The notes: generated by a model not told the origin, from the letters alone. A DNA stretch of 56,481 bases from Acutalibacteraceae bacterium (GCA_045540915.1 JAZQID010000129.1:1-56481), one strand, 5' to 3'. Positions 1 through 8,824 are shown, numbered from the stretch's first letter. A program made the numbers and translations.

Positions 1-4
1 GGCA

Positions 5-48
5 ACACAAAATCACCCCATCGTTTTCACGATGGGGTGATTTTGTGT
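5..48. terminator. Bidirectional intrinsic-terminator-like hairpin
   Basis: Perfect 19-bp inverted repeat (5-23 acacaaaatcaccccatcg; 30-48 cgatggggtgattttgtgt) with a 6-nt loop. A/T runs lie at the outer ends of both arms. It sits just downstream of the minus-strand ORF ending at 92. Confidence 0.6.
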
Positions 49-91
49 GATTACATATAGTGAGCCGAACTATCAAGACAAGAACGGCTTT

Positions 92-412
92 TTACCAACG
101 AAGCGTTGGTTGAGCAGAACTTATCCTATCTGCATAATGACAAGATGCGCTGAAACGGGACGGGTTCCGCCTGCAAGCGATGTAATTGTCAGTGCAGTCG
201 AATTGCCTGCGGGAAGCTGACATCTGTGTACCCGGGGCCACCGTGGCAGAGTTGTCGGGTGGCATAAGTGCATAATAATCGGCATAGTTCAACGCGACTC
301 CCGAAGGGCCTTGCGGGCCCGGTGGACACTTAAAGCAATCAAAATCAACACGGCACTTTTCATCTCTTGGATCCTCACACCTGCTGTTATTGTTATAATA
401 ATTTCGGTTCAA
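92..412 (-). CDS. Small collagen-triplet-containing ORF, possibly a decayed remnant of a collagen-like/BclA-type spore surface gene
   Basis: TTG start 5 nt after the spoVB stop, with no clear Shine-Dalgarno. Three G-X-Y triplets (PPG PQG PSG) are followed by YYALMPPDNSATVAPGT. The C-terminal half is Cys/Arg/Ser-rich and does not look like protein. Family resemblance is from memory only. Confidence 0.3.
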   Translation of the reverse strand: MNRNYYNNNSRCEDPRDEKCRVDFDCFKCPPGPQGPSGVALNYADYYALMPPDNSATVAPGTQMSASRRQFDCTDNYIACRRNPSRFSASCHYADRISSAQPTLRW

Positions 413-416
413 CCGA

Positions 417-1970
417 TCACGCCTGCTTTCGTGATAGCTTGTTTGAAACTACGTTACGAACCTCCGCCCATTCCTTGAAGCCGCCGGTGACGTATATCAT
501 CGCAAGGTAGACCCCGACGCACACCGCCGACTCAAGCAGAGCGCGCGGCACGACCGACAAGGCGGTCATATACATTGCCGCCGCCCTTGCGACCACCAAA
601 GCAGCCGCAGTACAGGCCAAGGGCCGCACCACCCAGTCGACCGCTCTGAATCGGGTCTGCGCCGTCTTCAGCAAGCGGACAAGACAGAGCACCGAGGTCA
701 GCAGGTTGCTCACATAGGTGACCGCTAAAAATCCGTAGATCCCATACTTTGGAACGAGCCACACGATGAGGCCGATCCTCAGCGCAGAGTCGACCACGTT
801 ATAGACAAAGATGTACTTCTGCTGATCCAGCCCGTTGAGCATACCCGTCACGACACTCTCAAGGTACATCAGGGGCACCAAGGGTGCCAGCCACCGAATA
901 TAAAAGCCTACCTCACTGTTGCCGTAGAAGGCTATGCCTATATCCTCACCGAAAAGCCAGAGCACACCGCCGATCACCGTAGACATCGTCAATGTGATAT
1001 GCACGCAACGGCGAACGGGAGACTCTACCCCCTGCTTACCCTCGGCAGAGAGGGTGCCCGACAGCTCGGGAACGAGCAGGGTGGACAGGACGTTGAGGAA
1101 GGAGGACAGAAAGAAGATGACCGGCATCGCCATCCCCCTGAAAAGTCCGTACTGCGACACCGATTGCTCCCTTGATCCACCAAACCGAGTCAGGCAGTCG
1201 GGAACGAGCAGGCTTTCCACCGTTCTGAGCGTGGTGGTCAGGTAGCGTCCTGCCATTATCGGCAGGGATAACGCCACCAACTTCTTGGTCACGCGATAGG
1301 GCGGAAATGGGCGCGCGCCTAATTTTTCGGTAAGGCGGCGTCGGTCACGCAGGTAGCCGAGGTACATAAAGCCGCAGGAGGCCGCCTCGGCAACCGTGTC
1401 GCCAAAGAGCACCGCCGCACATGCATATTCGAGCCCTCGCGCCGCGCTCTTGCCGATTATCAGGAAGATGATGCCCATTCGCACCAACTGCTCAAGCAGT
1501 TGCGCATTGGTAGGGGTGACCACCCTCCTGCAAGCGACGAAGTAGCCGCGTATACAGCTCGACACCCCCATAAACGGAAGTGAGAAGGCCAATATTCGAA
1601 GGCTTCTCGCGGCGCGGATATCCTTTATCCACCACTCAGAAATGGGGTCGGCAAGGGCCGCCACCAGCACCGTCGATGCGATGCCTGCCGCAAGGGAAAG
1701 CCCAACTGCGCGCCAAAGTATGCGCTTGACCGACCTTGCGGTGCCGCATTCGAGCTCCTCCGCGATAAGCCGCGTCACCGCAGTTGTGATGCCGCTGGTC
1801 GCGAAGGTAGCCGCCAGCATATAGACCGAGAATATCAGCTGATATAGCCCCATACCCTCCGAGCCGATGCTGTCGGCAAGCCATACGCGAAAGAACATTC
1901 CTATCGTCCGCAGTAACAGTGCCGAAGCCGTCATTATGACGGCGTTTTTCAAAAAGCGACCCTTTTGCAC
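417..1970 (-). CDS. spoVB: Stage V sporulation protein B (MOP/MurJ-superfamily flippase)
   Basis: 517-aa polytopic membrane protein. The N-terminus (FLKNAVIMTASALLLRTIGMFFRVWLADSIGSEGMGLYQL...TSGITTAVTRLIAEE) matches the SpoVB/polysaccharide-biosynthesis flippase pattern. GTG start. Confidence 0.8.
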   Translation of the reverse strand: MQKGRFLKNAVIMTASALLLRTIGMFFRVWLADSIGSEGMGLYQLIFSVYMLAATFATSGITTAVTRLIAEELECGTARSVKRILWRAVGLSLAAGIASTVLVAALADPISEWWIKDIRAARSLRILAFSLPFMGVSSCIRGYFVACRRVVTPTNAQLLEQLVRMGIIFLIIGKSAARGLEYACAAVLFGDTVAEAASCGFMYLGYLRDRRRLTEKLGARPFPPYRVTKKLVALSLPIMAGRYLTTTLRTVESLLVPDCLTRFGGSREQSVSQYGLFRGMAMPVIFFLSSFLNVLSTLLVPELSGTLSAEGKQGVESPVRRCVHITLTMSTVIGGVLWLFGEDIGIAFYGNSEVGFYIRWLAPLVPLMYLESVVTGMLNGLDQQKYIFVYNVVDSALRIGLIVWLVPKYGIYGFLAVTYVSNLLTSVLCLVRLLKTAQTRFRAVDWVVRPLACTAAALVVARAAAMYMTALSVVPRALLESAVCVGVYLAMIYVTGGFKEWAEVRNVVSNKLSRKQA

Positions 1971-1973
1971 CCC

Positions 1974-2480
1974 TCAGCACTCCCGTTCAAATTCCTGATT
2001 ATAAATCCGAGCCAATGCGTTCCATGTCAGCTTGTCGACCTCGCCGCTCTCTTCGAGCAGGTTGGTAAGCTGAAAGGCCCTGACCGCCGCCGTCATCTGA
2101 GCATCGTAGACGCCGTTTGTGTTTACGTGCAGAAGATTTTCAAATCGCTCTGCTACGGTGTTGAGCATAACCTCGAGCAAGGCGACAAGGGGCGACTCAT
2201 CCCCCTCTTTCGCCTGTATGTCGCAGTCGAAAAAGGGCTGAAGCGCAATCGGCGACGAGGTCCTTTCCACAACCAGCGCGTAGACATCGTTGAGGGTCTC
2301 CCAGGTGTCGAAGTCCATCTGCCCCGTCACCTTGAGCCCGAACAGCTGCTGAAAGGCACGCACCGCATTTTCGGTCCTCTCATCGTATATCCCGTCGACC
2401 GTCAGCATCGGCATATTGCCACCATAGCTGGCTATCAGGCGCAATCTTTCTTGCAGACGGCGTATGGTTGATTCCCTCAT
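1974..2480 (-). CDS. Peptidoglycan-binding (PG_binding_1 repeat) protein
   Basis: Two repeats of the type DG(I/V)YD..T..AVRAFQ....L...G......TW..L. The gene is separated by 1 nt from the SleC-like gene upstream. Confidence 0.7.
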   Translation of the reverse strand: MRESTIRRLQERLRLIASYGGNMPMLTVDGIYDERTENAVRAFQQLFGLKVTGQMDFDTWETLNDVYALVVERTSSPIALQPFFDCDIQAKEGDESPLVALLEVMLNTVAERFENLLHVNTNGVYDAQMTAAVRAFQLTNLLEESGEVDKLTWNALARIYNQEFEREC

Positions 2481-2481
2481 T

Positions 2482-3822
2482 TTAATCCCTCAAATCGTCA
2501 TAGAGTGACGCGATCGCGTCCCAGGTAATTACGCCGACCACCCCGTTCGGATTGAGACCGAACTCGGTCTGAAAGGCACGCACTGCCGCATCGGTGGCAG
2601 GCCCGAACTGGCCGTCGGGTGTAACGCTCGGTATGTTCGGGAAGGCCTGCGATATCTCTGACAGGTAGGTCTGCAGGAGCAACACGTACTCTCCCCGTGA
2701 CCCGATCCGCAACACGGTACCGGGGTAGAGAGCCGCTCGCGACGGGTCGGTGTTTTGGTCAGCGATTATGCCGCGGTAGGCGCGGTATATGTCGTTCCAG
2801 GTGTTGACTCCGACGATGCCGTCGGGTGTTAGTCCGAAGGTCTGCTGAAAGGACTTGACCGCCGCCGTCGTTTCGTCACCGTAGACTCCGTCGACGGCGA
2901 TAACGGGCACCGAATCGTAATACCGACCTATGACCGCGAGGTAGTATTGGATTATACGCACCTCATCGCCGCTGTCCCCCGCTTGCAGTACCCTTGAAAA
3001 GCGTTGGGGTATGTCGCTGTAGGTCAGGCCCTCCGAATTAAGCTCGGCCAGTCGTTTTATCGAGGTGTAGATGTACGCCACCCTGTACCAAGTGGCGTTG
3101 CCCACTATACCGTCGGAGGTCAGGCCGAATATCTGCTGAAATTTGCGCACCGCAGTCTCGGTCTCGGCACCAAAGTTGCCGTCGGGGTTGGAGATGGTCG
3201 GTATAGACGGATAGTTGCGCGCGATGCGGTTGAGCCTGAGCTGAAGCTGCTGCACGCTGTTGGAGGAGTCCCCCAGCCGTAAGGGCAGACCTGGGTATGA
3301 CGGGCTGTTGACCCTTACAGGAGCTTGCACTATCTCGATATCGTCGCCGTAGTAGTACTGCAGTATCTGCAAGGGGGTCAGTCCCCTCTCTGCGAGGTCG
3401 ACCGTCTCCCACTGCTTTAGCCCCTCGCAGTCGACTCCGTTGCCGCTGCAGTAAGCGGTGAACAGCGGCTCAATGTTGCCCTGCCGCCTGACATAGCTGT
3501 TGAAGATGTCGTCGACGATCTGCGACACGTTTTCAAAGACGTTTCTGCCCTCAACGAAGGATTGGTCGAAGGCGGTGGTGTTGGTGATGTCGAAGTCGTA
3601 GCCTTGGCTTGGGTACCATTCGGTGTAGATCCTGTTGAGCGCGTAGGAGATCTGCGCGTAGATGTTGGCACGAATGGCATCCTCGGGCCAGGTGGGGTAA
3701 ATCTCGCTCGACGCGACGTTTTTTATGTAGTTGGGGAAGCTGACGGTGACGTTGCGTGCGTCAGAGGTCGGCCTGCCCAAGTGGACTGTGATGAACTCAG
3801 GGATAATAGGCTCTACGGGCAT
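2482..3822 (-). CDS. sleC: SleC-like spore cortex-lytic enzyme with three C-terminal PG_binding_1 repeats
   Basis: The N-terminal block (VHLGRPTSDARNVTVSFPNYIKNVASSEIYPTWPEDAIRANIYAQISYALNRIYTEWYPSQGYDFDITNTTAFDQSF) matches my recollection of clostridial SleC. Three repeats of the type DG.FG..T..AV+.FQ..FGL..DG.VG..TW follow. Confidence 0.6.
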   Translation of the reverse strand: MPVEPIIPEFITVHLGRPTSDARNVTVSFPNYIKNVASSEIYPTWPEDAIRANIYAQISYALNRIYTEWYPSQGYDFDITNTTAFDQSFVEGRNVFENVSQIVDDIFNSYVRRQGNIEPLFTAYCSGNGVDCEGLKQWETVDLAERGLTPLQILQYYYGDDIEIVQAPVRVNSPSYPGLPLRLGDSSNSVQQLQLRLNRIARNYPSIPTISNPDGNFGAETETAVRKFQQIFGLTSDGIVGNATWYRVAYIYTSIKRLAELNSEGLTYSDIPQRFSRVLQAGDSGDEVRIIQYYLAVIGRYYDSVPVIAVDGVYGDETTAAVKSFQQTFGLTPDGIVGVNTWNDIYRAYRGIIADQNTDPSRAALYPGTVLRIGSRGEYVLLLQTYLSEISQAFPNIPSVTPDGQFGPATDAAVRAFQTEFGLNPNGVVGVITWDAIASLYDDLRD

Positions 3823-3833
3823 TGTCTGTCACC

Positions 3834-4559
3834 TCACAGATCGGGCTCGGTATTCTGATACACCTCGTCGGTGCCTTCCTGCGAAAATTCGGGTCGCGGA
3901 ATGAGTGCCACGTTCTCAACCGAGGTCACTCCCCCAAAGATCGGGACGCCGACACTTCTGACAGGCAGGAAGCCCCCTGCCGTTATCTGCAGGTCGTAGG
4001 TGGTGAAGGGCTTCGGGTTGCCGACGACAGTCGATAGGTCGCGCGACACCGTTTCAAGCTCGACTATCTCGGACAGGCCGTCCTCGTCGGTCAGGGTCTG
4101 GTAGACAAGCTCTCCATCACGCAGGATAAGCACGAGGGCATCGGCTACCGGTGTCGCCTCGCGTGCGGTGTAGGTTTTTATCTGTATGTAGCCCCGATCG
4201 TTTGTGATGCGGTCGGGGGTCGGGGTGGTTATTTCGGGGGTCGACGGGACGACCATCGGCATCTCCGGCTGGGTGACGGGGTTGGTCGGTATCTCGGGTC
4301 GCGAGATGGGCGAAGTGGGCATTTCGGGCGGCATATCGGGGCGAATCGACGGCTCGGGCCGCTGAACAGGCCGCTCGGCAGGCGGTGTTTGCTGCTGAGT
4401 TGAGGGGGCCGATTCCGCCACAACGTTGTTTTGAGCGGGCCGCTCGGTCGGTTGGCCGAAGGAGTTGCCCATATTCCCTGCCGTTTGGCCGTGCTGCTGC
4501 CTGTAGCTGAGCAGTTCAGATTTGTACTTTTCCACCATCTGCTTGAAATCGTTGTCCAT
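3834..4559 (-). CDS. Pro-rich protein with C-terminal carboxypeptidase-regulatory-like beta-sandwich domain (hypothetical)
   Basis: The ORF track starts at 4628. I prefer the ATG at 4559 (MDNDFKQMVEKYKSEL), which is preceded by aaaggtga. The middle has PE(I/M)P-type low-complexity repeats. The C-terminus (GYIQIKTYTAREATPVADALVLI...YDLQITAGGF) looks CarboxypepD_reg-like. Confidence 0.5.
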   Translation of the reverse strand: MDNDFKQMVEKYKSELLSYRQQHGQTAGNMGNSFGQPTERPAQNNVVAESAPSTQQQTPPAERPVQRPEPSIRPDMPPEMPTSPISRPEIPTNPVTQPEMPMVVPSTPEITTPTPDRITNDRGYIQIKTYTAREATPVADALVLILRDGELVYQTLTDEDGLSEIVELETVSRDLSTVVGNPKPFTTYDLQITAGGFLPVRSVGVPIFGGVTSVENVALIPRPEFSQEGTDEVYQNTEPDL

Positions 4560-4638
4560 TTTATCACCTTTCCAAATGTTCTGTTTATATATATATTTAC
4601 CCCAAGGCGATAAAATAACCCCTCTCATCCGAGCACAG

Positions 4639-4670
4639 AAAAAAGCGAGGTGACCTCACCTCGCTTTTGG
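4639..4670. terminator. Bidirectional intrinsic terminator at the left edge of the AT-rich island
   Basis: aaaaaa-gcgaggtga-cc-tcacctcgc-tttt. Read on the minus strand, the stem is followed by TTTTTT, directly after the stop of 4677..5537. Confidence 0.7.
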
Positions 4671-4676
4671 AATAGT

Positions 4677-5537
4677 TTATTGTATGCGTTTTAATATATC
4701 ATTTTTTGTCTTTTCATATTCTTCTTCCGTAATGATACCTTTTTCAAGGTAACTGTGTATTTTAGCAACCCTCTTATAGCACCTCTCCCTATACGAAATA
4801 CTATGGTGCCAATTGTTACTGATTTTTTTAATCGTCGCAACAACCACAGGGATGAGTGTTATAATAAAAATAAAAACTACACACGTAATCCAGATAATAT
4901 TAAATACATCTACTGCTTCACTATTATTATAATAATCTTTATAAGAAAAGGAATAATAATATCTATCTTCTAGTACTGAGCCTTCTGCACCCGTTATTAT
5001 CGCTGCGGCAACCGGTATAGTTGATAACCACGCTATAAGCTTGAACCGCTTTTTAACCAACGAACTAATTGCAAAGCCTAAAAATGCTCCTATTATCAAT
5101 AACAAAACAACATAGACCGCGGTAGTGTTCCAGTTCTCCAAAACGTTTCTCCTCGAGTCCTGAACGTTCATCGCGATTACAATTGCGAGCATAGCGATTG
5201 CCGACAAAACCACCGACAAGATGTTTGTAAACATAACAAGCTTATTTTTTGGAGCCGCTTTTCTTACCGGAGCGCAAGCGGAAGCCCGCGCAACACCGAC
5301 GTTGGTGTTGATTGTCGTTGACGCGCTTGTACCTGCAGGAGCAAACCCGTTTTGCACCGACGGCTTTTCTTCGACCATTATTGGTTTAGCCTCTTGCTTT
5401 ACCGGAGTTGCTGCCTTTGCACTGACATCGGCTTGCTCAACTACAACCGGCTCGACTGCCTTTTCAATCTTGCTTCCGCAATATTGACAAAACAGGCTAT
5501 CGTCAGGCAGGCTGTTATTACATTTATTGCACTTCAT
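4677..5537 (-). CDS. Membrane protein with N-terminal zinc ribbon and C-terminal SHOCT-like domain
   Basis: N-terminal KCNKCNNSLPDDSLFCQYCG (CxxC-x10-CxxC). A low-complexity A/P/V/K linker and about four hydrophobic helices follow. The C-terminal tail GIITEEEYEKTKNDILKRI fits the SHOCT pattern. AAAGGAG SD before the ATG. Confidence 0.75.
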   Translation of the reverse strand: MKCNKCNNSLPDDSLFCQYCGSKIEKAVEPVVVEQADVSAKAATPVKQEAKPIMVEEKPSVQNGFAPAGTSASTTINTNVGVARASACAPVRKAAPKNKLVMFTNILSVVLSAIAMLAIVIAMNVQDSRRNVLENWNTTAVYVVLLLIIGAFLGFAISSLVKKRFKLIAWLSTIPVAAAIITGAEGSVLEDRYYYSFSYKDYYNNSEAVDVFNIIWITCVVFIFIITLIPVVVATIKKISNNWHHSISYRERCYKRVAKIHSYLEKGIITEEEYEKTKNDILKRIQ

Positions 5538-5596
5538 TTATTTTCTCCTTTAGAAAAATCAACCGTTATTATACCTACTTAATCCTATTGATTTTC

Positions 5597-6322
5597 TTAT
5601 TTCGCATTATATTTGGCGATACAATCATCACACAAAGAGCGATATCTGGTTCCCATATCATCCTTGATTTCGCAATAGGTTACATGCTCAACAGAATTCT
5701 CACAAATCTGGCACTTTACAAATGCTTTCGGCTTATTTTTAACTGCGACTACTTGCGTGCCGCACTTGGCGCAAAACTGACTGTTTTCAATAAGCTTTTC
5801 TCCGCATTTTCTGCAAAAAACAATTTTATCAGCATCGGAGGTTGCTTTAATTTGCTCAGATTGAGATGCTTCTTGCAAAGTGTCTGATTCATAAGAGGCA
5901 ACGTTAGTTGTCGCAGCAATTATTCTTTTTTCAAAATATTTAACATTTAAGCGGTACCAAACAAAATAGTCAAGTGGAAACACAATAGCAAACACTACAA
6001 GAGCAAGACCAATATCAAAATTGTTTCTTATATACTGCTGAACGCCCTGTTGATATGCAAAATAGATTGTTTCAAAGAGCAAAACGCCCTTTACAAAGCG
6101 AACAAAATCAACATAATCGCCGCTGGATTTAACCGCTACCATTATACAAAGGATAGGTTGTGCGATTGCTGCCAAGAAGTAAACCAACAACCACCAGTTA
6201 TTCAAATACGTTTCCGTGTATTGAAGAAAATCCAAAATGATTATAAGTGTACCAAGACAACTAAACCAAGGCCTTACTTTGGTATAAAACGTGAACCATT
6301 TTGTTCCGAGTTGTCTGTTCAT
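5597..6322 (-). CDS. Polytopic membrane protein with two C-terminal zinc ribbons
   Basis: About four TM helices, then FCRKCGEKLIENSQFCAKCG and KCQICEN...CDDC. The ORF track starts at 6364. The AAAGGAG SD at 6331-6337 favours the ATG at 6322 (MNRQLGTKWF). The SD lies inside the last codons of the upstream gene. Confidence 0.7.
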   Translation of the reverse strand: MNRQLGTKWFTFYTKVRPWFSCLGTLIIILDFLQYTETYLNNWWLLVYFLAAIAQPILCIMVAVKSSGDYVDFVRFVKGVLLFETIYFAYQQGVQQYIRNNFDIGLALVVFAIVFPLDYFVWYRLNVKYFEKRIIAATTNVASYESDTLQEASQSEQIKATSDADKIVFCRKCGEKLIENSQFCAKCGTQVVAVKNKPKAFVKCQICENSVEHVTYCEIKDDMGTRYRSLCDDCIAKYNAK

Positions 6323-6327
6323 TTTCA

Positions 6328-7740
6328 TTACTCCTTTTCGACTTCTGTGCCACAAATATGACAAAATTTACTATCCAACGGCAGTGCCTGTCCGCAGTTT
6401 TTACAATAAGCAGTCGGTTCCGCATCAACCGTCTGCTCCGCTTCGGTCGGCTCATCGCTTTGTGCAACCTCGGCCTGAACTTCTGTTCTATTACGTTTAT
6501 TTCGAGTCACAACACCGATAGCCACTATTCCTCCGATGACAAGCATAAACACAATAACAACAATAGCGTCTGCGCCGTCATCTTCGTAATCGGTGTCATA
6601 CGTATCATTATCGAAAGAGCCTGTTCCCGTCCCACTCGATGTGTCGGAATATACTATGCTGTCCATCAAGCTCTCAAATTCGGAATAGAGCTTATGGGTG
6701 CTTGTTCCGCCAAACTGAAACATATGCAACCAGCCGTTGTCTATACAAACCAACGCGGTCATCCTAACGGTAAGTCCGCCGTAATCATCAGAGGTATGAT
6801 CGATTTCGCCCTGAAAATATTCCACTCCGTTGTATGTGACCGTGCTGACTTTATCTGCAGTTGTACTAAACATTTCTGCGACATCTGCTCTGGTGAAAAT
6901 ATCGTTGTTCACGTCCGAACGAGTGTACCCAATCCTATCTGCCGGCGACATCTCTTCCCATATATCTTCACTGGCATATATTATCACGCAGCCGTCGTCC
7001 TTGGTGGAAACGAATTTAACATCAATATATTCCCTGTCCTCAAAAAACTCCTTTTTCTTCCAGTTGGCAGGAACAGTAAATTTTGCACCGCTGTCTGTAT
7101 CGGTATAAACAAAGCTGTCGGTGTCCTCTCCCTCTTCTGATAGAGGTGGATCGTTATCGTATTTGATACTGTCAACTATTGTTTTAATTGTTGTCTCCTG
7201 TCTATATGAAAGACTTCCCTCATAGGAACGCATTGTAAAATTCATTGCGTTGCCCTCGTATACTGTGTAATACAGCAAGCCGTGAACCGATTTAGCAGCA
7301 TCGGTAAAATACACCTTGATAAATTTTGCCTGCGAATGCTGATATATCTCATGATCTGATACATATATACCATAATCGTCGAATTCATCAAGTAAAGTTG
7401 TGGCAAGTGTGTTTAGCGCAGTATCGCTTAGCAAACTGAAATTACTCATACTGATTTTCGTATTTGTAACAACTATTTCTTCGCTATATGTATCAGAAAT
7501 AGCATTAAGATAAATGTTTTTTGACTTAAAATCGCTCATAAGTGCAGACTTGGTAGTTCCCAATACACTAAATATAGGATCACCGGCAGGCGTGTCCTTT
7601 GTAATAACTGAATATCCCGACGGAATAGTTATCTGAAGTCCCAGTTCATCGAGGTCAAATGTACCCGAAACAGCTAAAGCCGTAGGGGCAAATGAAAACA
7701 ACAGAACAACTATAACTATTAAAACTGACAGTTTTTTCAT
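6328..7740 (-). CDS. Secreted/bitopic protein: signal peptide, large ectodomain, one TM, cytoplasmic C-terminal zinc ribbon
   Basis: Signal peptide MKKLSVLIVIVVLLFSFAPTALA. The ectodomain is about 390 aa, followed by a D/T/Y-rich acidic linker and the TM helix AIVVIVFMLVIGGIVAIGVV. After RNKRNR comes YCKNCGQALPLDSKFCHICG. Confidence 0.7.
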   Translation of the reverse strand: MKKLSVLIVIVVLLFSFAPTALAVSGTFDLDELGLQITIPSGYSVITKDTPAGDPIFSVLGTTKSALMSDFKSKNIYLNAISDTYSEEIVVTNTKISMSNFSLLSDTALNTLATTLLDEFDDYGIYVSDHEIYQHSQAKFIKVYFTDAAKSVHGLLYYTVYEGNAMNFTMRSYEGSLSYRQETTIKTIVDSIKYDNDPPLSEEGEDTDSFVYTDTDSGAKFTVPANWKKKEFFEDREYIDVKFVSTKDDGCVIIYASEDIWEEMSPADRIGYTRSDVNNDIFTRADVAEMFSTTADKVSTVTYNGVEYFQGEIDHTSDDYGGLTVRMTALVCIDNGWLHMFQFGGTSTHKLYSEFESLMDSIVYSDTSSGTGTGSFDNDTYDTDYEDDGADAIVVIVFMLVIGGIVAIGVVTRNKRNRTEVQAEVAQSDEPTEAEQTVDAEPTAYCKNCGQALPLDSKFCHICGTEVEKE

Positions 7741-7761
7741 ACGACCACCTCTTTGTAAACA

Positions 7762-7790
7762 ATTGTATCACAAAATGACAAAAATGTAAA
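7762..7790 (-). promoter_or_regulatory. Candidate sigma-A promoter of the zinc-ribbon operon
   Basis: On the minus strand: TTTACA (7785-7790), a 17-nt spacer, then TACAAT (7762-7767). It lies about 20 nt upstream of the SD/ATG of 6328..7740. Confidence 0.4.
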
Positions 7791-7838
7791 TTAACTCCAC
7801 AAAATTCTTTCAATGCATTACAAATTTCGATAAATGCA

Positions 7839-7871
7839 CGCAAAAACGCTCGGTCTTACAACCGAGCGTTT
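7839..7871 (-). terminator. Intrinsic terminator; copy 1 of a perfect 33-bp direct repeat
   Basis: cgcaaaaacgctcggtcttacaaccgagcgttt. The stem is aaacgctcggt/accgagcgttt with a 6-nt loop, followed by a T-run on the minus strand. It sits 3 nt after the Fic gene stop and is identical to 8885-8917. Confidence 0.8.
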
Positions 7872-7874
7872 TTT

Positions 7875-8813
7875 CTATCTGAATTTTTTGTGGCAGTATT
7901 GCTTAAGAAAATCTTTTATTTCGCCGTTGTCCGCGCCTTCATAATACCTGACAAGCAATCTTTTGAACTCTCCGACTCGGGCTTCAGGAATAACGAGCAG
8001 TCCACCCGCCTTTGAAATCAAATAATGATTTGCAAAAATCACAGCTGCTCTCTTATTTCCGTCATTAAAAACCTGCGTTTTCATACAGTAAAGGCAAACC
8101 TCAACCGCAGTGTCAATCGGCTCCGCATTATCATTGAGAATATCACAAATTCTCTCTTTAACCACAGTTTCTATAGGTAAAGGCGGAATATAAGAGGTGC
8201 CGCCGATGGTGACGGGCACTCCACGTATCCTGCCGCCGTTTGAGAAAAAGCCTTCGTTGACCAGCTTCGCAATATGGCAAAGGATAGAATAATCACTATC
8301 TACCTGCAAGACATCCTTATCCAGTATAAACTCCCACGCGTGTTTGAGATTGAGTATTTTCTGCACGTCACTGGCGGTCACTCCGTTGACCTTGCCGTTT
8401 TCGATAATGTCCTCCGTCTGCGCAAACGAGGTTGCAACCCCCTCCAAGACCGCCTGCTCATATATGGATGTTTTCATGTTCATTCGAGCAAAGTCGAGGT
8501 TGAGCATAACCTCAGCAGACAACTCGTTTTCGGAAAAGCCAATCTCCGCAAGGTTTTTTTCCACCCTGCGAATCTGTTTTCTCAACTCCTTTGCCTCGGC
8601 ATTGTTGCGAAGCAGAAGCTGATAAAGCGTATCAGAGTAAACGTCCACATAGGATGAGGTCAACCGACTGCCGACACGCTTGCGAATGTAGAGATATTTG
8701 CCGCTTTTATTCTCCTTGACCTCCGGAGTGCCGTCGTAGGCAAGCAGTTTAAGCCGAGCATACAAATCGGCGCGTTGCTCCAACAATTCCTTTATTTCAG
8801 GATAGTTATTCAT
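7875..8813 (-). CDS. Fic/Doc-family protein with a Doc-type, His-less active-site motif
   Basis: 312 aa. Fic-fold landmarks are AVLEGVATSF, RIRGVPVTIGGTSYIPPLP and the motif QVFNDGNKRAAV (codons 8049-8075, checked on the DNA). Compare Fic HxFx(D/E)GNGRxxR and Doc HxFx(D/N)(A/G)NKR. Confidence 0.8.
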   Translation of the reverse strand: MNNYPEIKELLEQRADLYARLKLLAYDGTPEVKENKSGKYLYIRKRVGSRLTSSYVDVYSDTLYQLLLRNNAEAKELRKQIRRVEKNLAEIGFSENELSAEVMLNLDFARMNMKTSIYEQAVLEGVATSFAQTEDIIENGKVNGVTASDVQKILNLKHAWEFILDKDVLQVDSDYSILCHIAKLVNEGFFSNGGRIRGVPVTIGGTSYIPPLPIETVVKERICDILNDNAEPIDTAVEVCLYCMKTQVFNDGNKRAAVIFANHYLISKAGGLLVIPEARVGEFKRLLVRYYEGADNGEIKDFLKQYCHKKFR

Positions 8814-8824
8814 ACCAAAACTCC

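Noticed and set aside
4229-4567. 112-aa alternative-frame ORF inside the Pro-rich gene (and 3417..3680, 3038..3412 inside the SleC-like gene)
   Set aside because: These are same-strand overlapping frames of repetitive, GC-rich coding sequence. The annotated frames carry the recognisable domains.
6301-7140. 279-aa plus-strand ORF in the AT-rich island
   Set aside because: Its length is surprising for A/T-rich DNA, but the translation is Cys/Ile/Phe-rich with no domain-like pattern and no SD. The opposite strand encodes a protein with a signal peptide, a TM helix and a zinc ribbon.
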